Assembly: GCA_002633005.1 (NCBI GenBank)
Contig: NMRA01000112.1
Span: 182,275 to 246,274, forward strand
Reading direction: 5' to 3'
DNA: 64,000 nt
From: Phoronis australis
Lineage: Eukaryota > Animalia > Phoronida
The translations under genes were made by a program, and so were the position numbers. The stretch's first letter is position 1. Each line of letters starts with the position of its first letter. The notes under the pieces are model-generated. The model saw only the letters and a list, made by a program, of their open reading frames with translations, had not been told where the DNA came from and ran no database searches. Below are positions 37,376 through 48,598 of this stretch, piece after piece.

Positions 37376-38860
37376 CTGTAAAAAGAAAACATATACGTAC
37401 TACACAGGCTTTATTTCACGTAGGCCTAAATGGCCACGTTGCAATGCATAATAATGAGCGGGTACAGAATATCAAAGCAGTAGGTAGCAATTTTCTCAAG
37501 GTGTTTAAATCACGGGTCTGCAGAAAATGCCTGGTTACTACAGTATTTCGCCCACCTTATCAAATCTAAGTAAAAGTTGCGCCCGCAAATCTGAAGATAG
37601 GTTACAACATATACAATCGAGAAGAAAGTACATCCCACATTTTAACTAAACATTCTCTTATCTATTAACAATGACTGCGCTTAACATAAATCTTCGTAAT
37701 TACTTTAATGACGTAGTTAAATGTTATTCCTTGGTGGATCGACAAAAAATTTGTAAGTTTGAGACGGTGACCGTTAAAATTGTTAACACGCTACATTACT
37801 ATGGCTTTAACTTGTTTTACATAACTACAGGTGGGGGGGGGTTAAACCTCTCCCATAATTAGTTAAGGAAGTGTTTCCTTGTATAACCATGGGCGGCACA
37901 GCACTGAAAAAAGTGGGGGCTATAGCCCCCCAGCTCCCCTATGGTGCACCGCTGATAGACCTTGGGATGCGCAGCACTGAAATAAATGAGGGGGGGCTGT
38001 AGGCCCCAGCCCCCTATGGTGCGCAGCCCATGATGACACAAAACTTCCTAGTTCTATATTTTTGGTGGTGCAAGTACGAAGCTTCAGCAGTTCGAACTGC
38101 TATTTATCATTCTGTTATGTGAGTGAAAATGGCGATTTTCTAAGACAAGGAAGAGAAATTGAACATGGATCCCTGCAGTTGCAGTCTGACGCACTGCTGG
38201 TGAAATTAAATCCCACTCGACTGATAAAGGGCAAAGTATTTTCAGCTAAGCGCATTTCGTTGATTAATAAGTCTGGACAAGGACAATAACTTCAAAGTCT
38301 CTAATCATCCAATTTTAATCCCAAAAATAAGTTTTCGGCACGAAAAGCGGTTATGTCCCTTCAAAAACGTTCAGGAATACATAATTAAATTCGTTAGCGT
38401 ATAAAACAATAAGATTCTGTTGATGGTTACCACGCCATTTATTATATCAGTGAGAAAGACATTAATTTATAATATTTTCCTGCTTGTAATCATCACGTTC
38501 ATCATTTATTCCGTGCTTGAATATCATAATAGTTTTAATCAAGGGCGTTGTTTCTATGAACGCAACTAAGGAAGTGAATGTCAGTCCCGGCATAATCAGC
38601 GCAGAAAATGGGAACACGGTGCATGAATCTGATGGGAGCTCTGATTAACTTTCATGGTCAAACGAATGTTCCGTTGGCTGCATTTAGGCCCAAATGTACA
38701 TTTGTATGCCTTGGGCTGAAAATACCCTCTGGTTGTCAGGTCAATGTATATTGAAGCGTACATGTAACTGATATCTAAGCTTACGTCGACACAAATGGTT
38801 TACCAGTAAAAAGCATCTACACGTTCTTTTTCTCAAAAAGATACGTGAAAGTTTTCATAC

Positions 38861-38990
38861 TTGCTGTCTTTCCTTTTTCCCACTTCGACTGTAAAAACAT
38901 CCACATTTGTCTGTCTTGGTTCTTGAGGCTTTTCATCGTCGATGTCTATCTCCACCATGGGATCGCCCGTTTCGTGTTCGAACATCTCTC
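38861..38990 (-). CDS. Small single-pass membrane protein, acidic cytoplasmic exon
   Basis: Minus strand cag|ga gag atg ttc ... gac agc aa|gtatga; (G)EMFEHETGDPMVEIDIDDEKPQEPRQTNVDVFTVEVGKRKDS; phase-2 donor matches the phase-2 acceptor at 37375; ATG at 38985 could itself be the start. Confidence 0.62.
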
Positions 38991-40583
38991 CTGATGTAAG
39001 TTCTGAGACGATACAACTTTTTAAGACAGTGTGGATGTCTTACTTCGCGATCGACATGCTGTAGCTTTTTTCACAGTAATTTGATCAACAGAAAAGATGT
39101 CCGTCACTCAGTCGACTGCTGCCATTCAATTATTCCTAGTCACCTTCTCATTAACGTAATTTGTCAGCTTCGTGAACCCGTTCGTGACCCGATGCTGAGA
39201 TCGTCAATTATTCAGACAAACTGAACGAATTTTTTCAGTTCTGCTTGTACTGTGATTAATACTGTACTGGGTACGAGTTCCTTTACCATGCTGTAGCCGT
39301 GCATGTGGGCTTATGAACGCTTTTCAATTTATTTATAGCCCCGAGGCCAGCAATCGACCTACGCACGACCCAGTTAATGTTTACTTCAGGCTGAAGCTAT
39401 TGCCGTTATCACGTTGCGGCTCGGGGGACTTTTTATTAGGAAAAAATAATTCACGAGGCATTCGTAGGATAATGGCCAAATAATGTATTTTACGTGTTTA
39501 CAATTTGTAGTTTTTGACAAGTATTTTTGTGCGTCGATGCACTGAAACTTAACACAATGGGAATTTTCTGTCTCCTGTGGCGATTAACATTGTTGCGCCA
39601 TTTGCCAAACAATTGTATGTGGATTATATCTTTGAACAGTGCAATTAACAGTACAATTAATCGCATTCTATGCTTATCTCAATTTTGTAAATTTTTGATA
39701 TATATTGCTTAAGATTTATGTCAGTGATCAGGCGAAGTGTCTATCTTCAACTATCCTCCCGTCCGTCCTTCCATGCCGTCTATTTGTTAGTCTGGTTTTT
39801 GAATTTTGAATCTTTTAAATTTTTGAATTCACAATTTCATTTTTAGTAAAATCGAAATTTGGATCACAGATTTTGACAATTGTTTCAGTACTAAGAGCGA
39901 TGACCAGCCAACCACAGTACAGATGAATTCAAATTTCATTCTAGTCTTGGAATGACTTGCATTGTGAGTGTATCAGTTCTCAGAACAGGGCACGTTACGC
40001 AAGCGTGATACAAACACAAGTTTCTCAGTATTTCACGTCCTTGTAACCAACTTGTTCTCATCATGTGTGTTTAGACATAAAACGTCTTGATACATCGCAG
40101 CAACAGCCTTTGACACAAAATGTGCTCTCATTGCATTTCTCCAAATGTAATTTCTATTTTTATCATGTCCGAAAATTATATCGCCTTTTCTCCAAATAGT
40201 ATCGATTCGCACCGGACCGAATTTCGTGTTTGAGAGTTCGCATTTTATGAAGGATGTTTACCATTTTATTGAAATTATATTTTTTCATGTCGCATATCTC
40301 TGAGGATCTTTTTAGCCATCTATAAATAAACACAAGATAAATAATTCAAGTATAATTTTGTACTTTTTAGAGTGACGACGTCACTTGGGCGCTCATTTCC
40401 GGGACACACCGGCGGACGTCGTTAGTTTGATAAACCACGGGTATTGCGTCAGTGACTGAGAGCGTGTGACAAAGACTTCCTTGTTTTACTTTTCGGTGAT
40501 TGTTTGGCGAGCGACTCCCGCTGGAGAAGCTAGTTATCCGGCAATAATGCTACTGGGAACTTCCCTTCTGAAAGGTCAGGACT

Positions 40584-40742
40584 GGCGTGCGTTCAATAAC
40601 GCGCTAGGACCTACGCTAGGACCTACCTAAAATCTTGTAGCCAAAGTCACGTGTTCTCATTTAAAATACACGGCAATATCTCACGTAATCTCACGAAGTC
40701 TTGCTTTTTAGCGAGGTCCTAGCGTTAATGAACGGGAGGCTG
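40584..40742. mobile_element. MITE, about 160 bp
   Basis: cgttcaataacgcgctaggacct versus aggtcctagcgttaatgaacg inverted termini; second copy at 3192-3282. Confidence 0.65.
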
Positions 40743-41719
40743 GTCTCTTATGTACTGAACTTCTCCAGAAATCAGGGACCCGGTGAGACGAACCGCAGGC
40801 AAACATAAACGAAACAAACTGAAATTTCAGTTATTGTGGCGCCGCATGAATACGAATTTTAATTGAAATCAGTGAAAGCAATGAGGAAGACTGTCAAAGT
40901 GCCGTCATTTTATTTCCCCGGTGGAAATGTTGTAATAACTTAAGCATTTCAGTTACCATATGATGTTTGCAGTGATCAATCAACTATTTCCCTTTGAGCA
41001 TTTTATTCAATTATCGCGAGACTCTGGCAATAAAACCGCACATTCCGTTATCAGACAAGACATTCTTACGAAAGGACGATCGTTATGAATTTAATACATT
41101 GGCTGACTTGGCGTGGAATATTATGCCATTATGAAGTAATGGTTTTATAACTAACCAAACTTCCTACTGTGGCTGCGGCTAAATTGTGGTCACAAAGACT
41201 TGTAATATGTTTACGCCACATCAAATACTTTTTCTTTCTCACAGTTTCACGTCTGGAGAAAGCAGAAAATCTATCGTCCATCGTGACTGGAAAACATATG
41301 CTTACGTCAAGCCGCCAGTAAACTTGAGACTTCGTGTCAAGTTTTACGTCACAGCCGTAATAATGCCGGTCAAGAGCAGTTTTGAAAGCTAATTTACATA
41401 TTGATGATTTAGAATGAAAATAAGCAACGGTATGCTATTTCCTTGTGGTTTTCACAGATATATGTATGTGCATTGCCGTCTAGTTCCAGACTACGGCCAT
41501 GCTGTGGGAGAAATTATCGCACAAGATAAAATACTTGTGATTTCATAGACTCAGAACTTGAAACCTGGATCCTGGAATTACTACGTTTTGTTCTAGTTCG
41601 TCAGCAAAATCCCTAGAGCCTGCAACAAAGAATATAATTTCCGGGTCCTGGAACATGGAATATAGTACGAGAGACGTCATTGGTGTCACAAATCAAGCTT
41701 CGACGAGAAAATTGCTTAC

Positions 41720-41750
41720 CAGCCTGAAACATCCTTTCGTGTGACGTCAT
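41720..41750 (-). CDS. Candidate first coding exon of small single-pass membrane protein
   Basis: Minus strand atg acg tca cac gaa agg atg ttt cag gct g|gtaagc; strong donor whose phase 1 matches the acceptor at 38990; in-frame ATGs at 41768, 41750, 41732 so true start is uncertain. Confidence 0.4.
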
Positions 41751-42273
41751 GTAAAAAAAGCAGAGCATAAATGCTAGTTGCTGTCATCGAAAAAGTCTAT
41801 CTCATTCAAATGACAACAATACCAAAATTGCGTTTTCGGCCATAAAAACGAAGATGTCCCCCTAACCCTTTCCGTTAAGAGCAACTCAGTGGTACGAGAT
41901 ACGTTGCAAGCCTCATTGTCGCCCTTATTCTTTGATATCCCAAACACTGTCGATCTGTATGTCCGTGTATTCTTAAGTTTGAGAAGAAATTGTAAATAAA
42001 TCATCAAGAGTTCTTGACGGGATGCTCACCACTGTACCATCAAAGGAGGGAGAGAGTCCTCGCAACGAATAGAATTTTCTCCGCAGTAATATGTTGCCGA
42101 ATATTCGGGTGGCTAAAATATTATTATTCAGTCATCCAATTCCCCTTAAAATTTGTATTTTTGCACAAAGCATGAGAACAACTCGCAGGAAGTTCATTGT
42201 AAAAGCTCCGAAAGCAATGGCTCAAACTTAGGTAGGTCGGGTGACGGCATAGGTGCAAACTTGTAGTACTTTT

Positions 42274-42545
42274 CATGCGCTCACCCAGCCTAAAATATAG
42301 GGGGCTCGAATTTTTCGGAATGCGGACCTTTTACTGAAAAATTAACTAGGACTAAAATAAAAAAAAACGGGGCCACTAGTTTCAGGCCTACGAATTGTGC
42401 ATCCGTGCCGATTTCCTGTGGACTTTCTGGACTTTTGTCTCGTTTACTTACACTTTTTTGTTTCACTGAGGCGGGCCTGTTTGCCCAATTCGCCAAATTG
42501 GGGGGCTCGTTCGAGCCCCCCGAGCCCACCCTGGATGCGCTTATG
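42274..42545. mobile_element. MITE family, second copy at about 45663-45901
   Basis: Both share agcctaaaatata.gggggctcgaattttt...ggaccttttact and end gagcccccc...atgcgc..atg. Confidence 0.75.
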
Positions 42546-44820
42546 CTTTTTTTGAAATTGTTTTTCTGAAATTATCTTGATTTTTAATCGAATTTATCAT
42601 ACTCTCTTCTACATACATACACTGTCCAGGGCCGTAGGAAGCCGGGGGGACAGTCGAGAAAAGAAAGACTGCTAAATGCGGATAACAGAGAAAATTCAAG
42701 AGAACATTTAACAACTCTGTACCATTGCATGGTTTACATTTTGAGGACCCTGGCCAGGACATTGTTTCCGCTTTCGTAGCACAGGTCGTCTAAATACACT
42801 TGGAAACGTGCACGTAATAATTCATGCATATATTTCGAAAAATCGAGAAAATTTGTAAAGCGGATTAATTTATTGGATATTTAAATTCAATAAGTCAATT
42901 TTGCCACGACAAAACTGTATAGTTTCCAGAGCCCCCTCTCTGGCAAGGGATAACGGAGACAACTGTCGTTTTTTTTCTCGAATTGCATGTCTCTTGAGAA
43001 AAATTGATGACCTAACAGATATCATCAATTGCTGCACATTTCTTGATTTATGAAAATATAAATATTTTCATATTGAAGGAGGCCATTGCTGACATTCAAA
43101 TGGCTACAGATTTTAGATTTTTATTGACAATTTCTTAAGGGTCCGCTCACGGAGAGAGCGCTCAATGTTGGACTCGATTACGTCTATTTGCCTGTTTTCT
43201 GTGAAATCGTGCAACCGACTTTCATGTTGAAAAAGGTTACTTCCTGCACCGTCTTGTGACATCACGGCAGTGAAATGAACTGTCACTCTTTTCCAAGCTT
43301 AAAGACGTTTAACCTTTCATAATTAAGGTGTCCCATTTCAGACAGGACCCTCTCTTGGTGGAGCAGTTCGGGTAACTGACCCATTTTCCTTCCAAATTCC
43401 ATCAAAAACACAAAACATTCGTGCACAGCACAGCAGTATCTAGACATTCGACCCAAACAACCAAACAAATGAAAAAATACGATAGGATTGACCACCATCG
43501 AAAAAGAGTCAGGAACTTTAAAGAATGTGAAGACCGCTATTTTTATACATTTATTGGCAATGAAAACATTTACAATAACGCACAAAGACAAAAAACCACA
43601 GACACGAACACACACACATCCATACCCTCACCTAATCCTCTTAACTCCTGAGAAAAACAGACAGTTTCGCTTACACCATCGTTCTTGCAAGTACGAACAC
43701 TATAATTTTCACTTATATAATACTTTTTTGATTAAATTAAAACATCTACTTAGAATTAATGTTTTTGATCGAATTTTTAGATATAAATAAAACAATGTTT
43801 TTAAAATTTTCCTTTTTATCCAAAAAAGCCAAAAATAATATTATTGTTGGAGAGAGTGCCGACACAATGGGGATTTGATTTGATTAAAATTTGGCTATTA
43901 ACTTTTGTCCAAATTGAATTTACTGTTTCACATTCCTAAAATAAGTGTTTCAAAGTCTCTTTCGATTGTCCACAAAAAGGAACAAGAGTCGTCATCCGTA
44001 ATTTGAATTATTTTTAAAAATGAGTTACTAGTCAAAATTCTCGTCAAGAGTCTGAGCTGAAGCCACCTAAATCTTGGGTCTCTTGTTCTGTTATATAGAA
44101 GAGAATTAACATCTTCCCATGAAAAATTATTTGTATTTACGTTCAGTTCCTTGGCCCATTTTGACTCCGCTTTTGAGACTTCGGAACTATAATTTAATTG
44201 CGTACAAATTCAATTTGTTGACCCCCTCTCCCACCACTTTTCAGTTTCATTAAAATCGTTGGCATAACAGGACAATACGCATTAAAACTAACAACATTAA
44301 CAGCACATTTCTGTTGGTACTTAAATATTACTGAAATTAGACTATTAAACTCGATAAAGTTCGTTTTGATACCTAAAGCATCCACAATAAAGAAGACCGC
44401 TATTTGTTAACTACTCAAAAGGACTATTTCCGTTGGTTAGTTATAAAATAATGTTGCTGTTTCCCATAGTACCACAAGAATAATATCTCTTTTGAAGATG
44501 GTTACTACATGTATGAGTTGTTTGTAAGAAATTCCCACATGTGGAAAACACTGCTGTCGAGGCTACCATTGGGGTGACCGTGTACATGTCGAACGAGTGT
44601 ATTCAAATACTCGCAATAATAAATAAATTAAACCAATATTTCAGCGTTATTTTTAAGTCAAGTTAAACTCGTGAACCGTTGTATGTACCTCGGAAATGAG
44701 CAATATTACACCTTTAGATCAATGCTCAATCTCCCATTTCACTCGGTTACCCGTTAAAAATCTGCGAGCATGCATGCGGAAATGGCTCATAACATTCCGT
44801 TTTGATCAACAAATTCGTTG

Positions 44821-45420
44821 GTTTCTGATTTACATGTTTGTGTGTCTACGAAAACGGACAGGTTAATAGGTGATTTTTGGCAATTAGAAGCTAATCTTTT
44901 AAGAAATGATGACGATTCAGGGAATTTAGTTGAAGCCTGAATATGGAAAAAACTATAATCCGATCCCCAAATAGTAAAGTGCATTGAACGCTTTTTGCCT
45001 ACCTAAAATAACTCTCAAAGACAGTGATGAAATTTGGGCACTTCCAAAAATTTACTCACTGACAACAAATGCATTGCTTTTTGACTTCGGTACAAGATTT
45101 GTTGTTTAAACTCACTAACAGGGGATCAAAAAGGAATGAAGTCATTAAATCAAGGCAAAAGCATTGCTCATGGATTTAATTGTTTGTTTCTGAATTACAT
45201 ATTTATGTATCTACGAAAGTGGGTTGATCGAGAGATGATTTTTTGACAATTACAAGCTAACCTTTTAAGAAATGACAATGCTTCAATGAATTTAATTGCA
45301 GGCCAACATTGGGAAAATTTGATCTATCATCAGATCCCCAATTATAAAAGTACACTAAACGATTTTTGTCTATCTGAAATAAATCTCAAAGAAATTTAAG
45401 ACTTTCGGACAGCTCAACAA
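44821..45420. repeat. Old local duplication, two diverged copies of about 230 bp (44821-45050, 45187-45420)
   Basis: Shared gtttctga.ttacat, tctacgaaa, aagctaa.cttttaagaaatga, gatcccca, ctcaaaga blocks at about 366-bp offset. Confidence 0.8.
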
Positions 45421-47487
45421 TGTGTCCTAAAATGTTCTCACAATTCAAATGACAATATTTTTTGGCTTAGGAACTAGATTACTGAGTTTAAGTTTACAAA
45501 GTGTTTGTCGAAAACGAAGTTTAAGTACTTTTATAAATAAAATTAAACAATTTGGAAAAGTTTTCTTTGAACTTCCTTGGTGTTTTTGGTTTCCAGTAGT
45601 ATTGTACAATGAATTTTTGTTCTTCGAAACTGAATCTTTTGCTTGCGTACTACTACACACAGCCTGCACACACCAAGCCTAAAATATACGGGGGCTCGAA
45701 TTTTTGAGGATGTGGACCTTTTACTAGAGAAAGAAAACCGAATACTGGGTTCGTTCAAGGCTATGAATATTGTGCATACGCTGAATCCTGCCTTTCTAAT
45801 GGATTTCTGTCTCGTTTATCTCGGACGTTTTGTTTCCCTGAGGCGGACCTTTTTGCCCACTTTGCGAAATGGGGGGATGAGCCCCCCTGAATGCGCGCAT
45901 GTACGGAGCACGTCATTATAGACACACCCACTTTAAAATTAAGGTGTAACCATGCAGTAGGCCTGCGTAGAATTTCAGTTACCAACGGGAACTGAATTTT
46001 AACTCCAGACGTTGATTGAGGCGGAGATGTGTACATTTTTGGGACACACTGTATCATTTCCCCCAGCAACCAGAAACTGGACTACGGGCTGTGCTTCATC
46101 AAGGGATACTGAAACGGCCACAAAGGCACTCATACCACGCACCTCGGGACCTCACCTTTCCAAAAATTACTTCAAAGAATGGCCATAATAAAATGAAGTT
46201 TTCCCTAAACTGGATCGTAATAAAAACGAACATTGACCTTCGACCCAGAGCAAAGAAATAGATACGAATCCACTGTTGGATCCCAGCTATAGTTACTTCA
46301 GGTAGCTCCCAGCTAAAGCCCCCCAGCCCCCTGTGGTGCACCGCCTATAGACCATGGGCCCCGTAGCACTGATGGGGGGCTATAGCCCCCCGCAGCCCCC
46401 TATGGTGCGCCGCCCATGAGTTTTTCCATTGGGTGCTACATTTGCCAAATTCTTTCTTGTTTTGTCAATAATTTTGTCCCTAAGTCTGAGGGAATATACC
46501 TCTGTATCCCCACCTAATAAGCCCATGCTCTGGCTGACTACTGCGTCTTACCAGCTGAAGGTGCCAGGTACGTGGCGGGAGTGACCCTTCGGGAGAGCTA
46601 GGGCTCTAAGACGACCGCCAGGAGCCGCTGTTGTACATTGATACAAAAACTGCGAGTTCCACGTGTGTCTGATCACAGGCACATTTAATCACTCCACAAC
46701 TCATTGTCTCACTTCTCATGGCGTCATAGTGCTAACTAATGCAGCACAGTGAGAATTCGCCTGAGGTTTGTAAGTCATCATGTACTTTCCACGCTGTAGA
46801 CGTGTTAGGCCTACCGTTATCAAGTGCGTTACACTCAAGTTCAATACAGTGCCCTGTTGTCTTAGTCTAATGACTGTTTGACGTTGTTAGGCCTACTTAA
46901 AAGCACAAGGTCAAGATGGCGACTTTGTCGCACTTTTCTGCTTAGTTAGGAAAGCTGCGTAATGCTGTCTCTAGATTGAAACAGAAGAAGTTGTGGTGGT
47001 TTAAAGTGGGACCACTAGTGTATATCTGATTTGTTTCTGGTTGTTGGAGTCGTTGATTTGAATTCCACTCGTGGGCAATCCCTTGACCTTGGAGGCTTGG
47101 GACTAGTGCACCGATCGGATATAGCGATTATAGCGCTCCCTTATTTTGAGAACCAGGCAATCACCAAATTAAGGCCCGTTATTCAATGGATGAAAGGCTG
47201 GTTTTCAAAATCAGGGCAGCTACATCCAACCGGTACCCCCACATATCATCCTATAGGGCCACCATTCGCTGGAAGCTTTTTGACAAATTATGCCTCTCAC
47301 TGTCTAAACCATCAAAATCACGTTGAAACTATAGGTGAGCCACAAAATGTCACGTGTAGTGCATCTATCACATTTGGCTTCTGATGTGAACAAGGTCGGG
47401 ATTTGGCTCTTGCAACTGAGTAGTTCGTTTGAAGAATAAATAAATGTTGTGTAGTAGGCCTATGAGAGGCAGTGGTAAACTTTAGAC

Positions 47488-47894
47488 CTGGGCCCGGTCT
47501 CTAATCTTTGTACTCGAAACGAACTCGAAACTATTTTTGGCAATTTCTCTGCTCGTTTTGTGCTAATTTAAGATAATTGGTTATCAGACTGTGCTCGAAT
47601 ACATTATAGTTTATGCATAGGAGTTTCTAGTTCAAGTTTGCCCTTGAAGACCCTTATATTCGTGCTACAAACTCGAGTAAAAACTCGAAATTTCGAGTTC
47701 AAACTCGAACTTACTGGTTTAATATTGGGTTTACAAACTGTGAACTAAGGGCAATGAATTATGTACGTAAGTTATTGTGTACTCGAGCATAGAATAATAG
47801 ACACTTATCTTGAGTTCGCCCAAAAGTAGAGTAGAAAATGCCAAACCTAATTTCGAGTTCCATTTCGAGTAAAAAGATTGGAGACCGGGCCCAG
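47488..47894. mobile_element. Fold-back MITE, about 407 bp, between the putative UTR exon and the CDS of the MFS gene
   Basis: ctgggcccggtctctaatcttt.tactcgaaa versus tttcgagtaaaaagattggagaccgggcccag; arms remain alignable for about 150 bp. Confidence 0.85.
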
Positions 47895-48598
47895 GTATCA
47901 ATTTGAACAACTTGGCCATTCTTAAATGCAAGTGGAGAAGAGCTGACTAACAAGATGTTGTCAATGGGGACAGGAGATTTTTCTATTGTTTGAAAGATTG
48001 AATGGCGCTAACGAATGGATGGACTAAGCACTTTGATTTATGTTACGTGCATTTTCAACTACATTGACGACATTCATATGGCAGGTCGCTCCTGATTTGT
48101 GGGTATTTTTTCAACTAGAACTATTTTCTCCTCTTTTAAATTGCATGCATAGGAACTCAAATACACGCGTCAGAGAGCGTCGATTTAACTTTCACGTTTG
48201 CAACTAGCCTCATGGTAACGGGAAATTCTTGGTCTCAAATTTGAGGCAATTTCAGGGCTTCAATAGAAATTTCAGATTGGCACTGCAAACAATATGGACC
48301 GTTGGGTGGCACACTGAAATCAACAAAAAGATATTAGTTCTGCTCACTTGAATCCGTGAGCGACCAGGGTTAGCGAGTGGAATGTGTGGGGGATTGGTGG
48401 AATTGATGGTGACCAGGGTGGGGTGTGTCTAAAATTCCCGTATCAGAAGGAACGAGAACCTTTACACAAAGGTCATGTGGTTTAATCAAAATCGTGCTTC
48501 TCGGAGGGTAGTCTGATTTATAGTTGGTTTAAATTCATTGTATTGCAGTTGCTGACACTGGAAAACAAGTTTTGTGAAGATTGCCAATATTGACAGAG

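Noticed and set aside
43283-43790. Three overlapping ORFs of 76-110 aa
   Set aside because: Driven by low-complexity AC-rich sequence; non-ATG starts and no coherent splice pattern
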